DNA of 64,000 nucleotides, taken from the NCBI RefSeq assembly GCF_964355755.1, contig NC_092678.1, forward strand, positions 6,960,422 through 7,024,421, written 5' to 3'. The notes below the pieces were generated by a model, which saw only the letters and a list, made by a program, of their open reading frames with translations, did not search any database and was not told where the DNA came from. Below are positions 63,421 to 64,000 of this stretch, in pieces. Source of the DNA: Antedon mediterranea (lineage: Eukaryota > Animalia > Echinodermata). Position 1 is the first letter of the stretch, and the number at the start of each line of letters is the position of its first letter. The translations under genes and the position numbers were made by a program.

Positions 63421-64000
63421 GTTATTTGCTTATCAGATTGGATTTAGTTAAATGTAGTATTAAGTTTACTGCCACTGTCATGATGATGTGTATGTTGAAT
63501 TGTGTTTTATTGGTTCTCCCCTCCTGCCCATTGGGTACAAGAAGCTTTTCACAACTATGTTCCCTGAATGAAGTTAATTATAATGGATCACAAGAAACTT
63601 TTAACACTTACATGAGAATTACTTATTGATAAACTATTTCACTTTATTCCTCGGATTGATGAGAAACGTGAATCCAGAAATGTACACTTTTTAAAAATTT
63701 TCTTCAAGATATAGTGGACAGTCAACTGCAGTTATGTCGTTCTCAATTTTTTTTGTTATGAACTGAATTTTGGGAAGCAGGTCAACTTGTTTCTAGGCAA
63801 CAGCTGATTGATTGATGGATCATCAGGAGTAAATACAGGAGTTACTACATTTATGACCTGCTGACTTTCATTTTCAACTGAACATGTTTGCTGAGCTATA
63901 TATTATTATGAACGCTTTATATTATTATTATGACTTTTAATTTGAGAACTTTACCAATTTTACTTTTACTTTTGTATGTTTTGCCACGTTAGCCGATTTA

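Overview
AT-rich, intron-containing animal genomic DNA, probably an invertebrate deuterostome. Echinoderm, possibly crinoid, is an inference from the ST8Sia expansion, the Deu/Nin-type SINE and abundant TAGGCCTA motifs. Bases 1-~51230 are a tandem segmental duplication of three units: 1-15440, 15441-36251 and 36252-~51230. Each unit carries two divergent alpha-2,8-sialyltransferase-like (GT29/ST8Sia) genes on the minus strand, here called type A and type B. I spliced all six genes by hand into intact four-coding-exon ORFs of 339-347 aa with all introns in phase 2. Each unit also holds orphan exon remnants of further paralogs. The units differ in mobile-element content: Penelope-like retroelements with hammerhead ribozymes in a (TA)n tract, a nested TIR element, a CR1/L2-type LINE, tRNA-SINEs and DINE-1/HINE-like elements. 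They also differ in splice architecture: duplicated decoy acceptors in the A genes and a duplicated symmetric exon in B2. The unique right part (51.2-64 kb) is mobile-element rich. It holds a hAT element with a nested long-TIR element, a 5S-tRNA-Deu chimeric SINE and RTE fragments. It also holds a truncated Gmr1-like LTR element (PR-IN order, tRNA-Leu PBS) whose gag and pol are in frame and separated by one stop in a CAA-UGA-CUAG readthrough context. All coordinates were read by eye and no searches were run.
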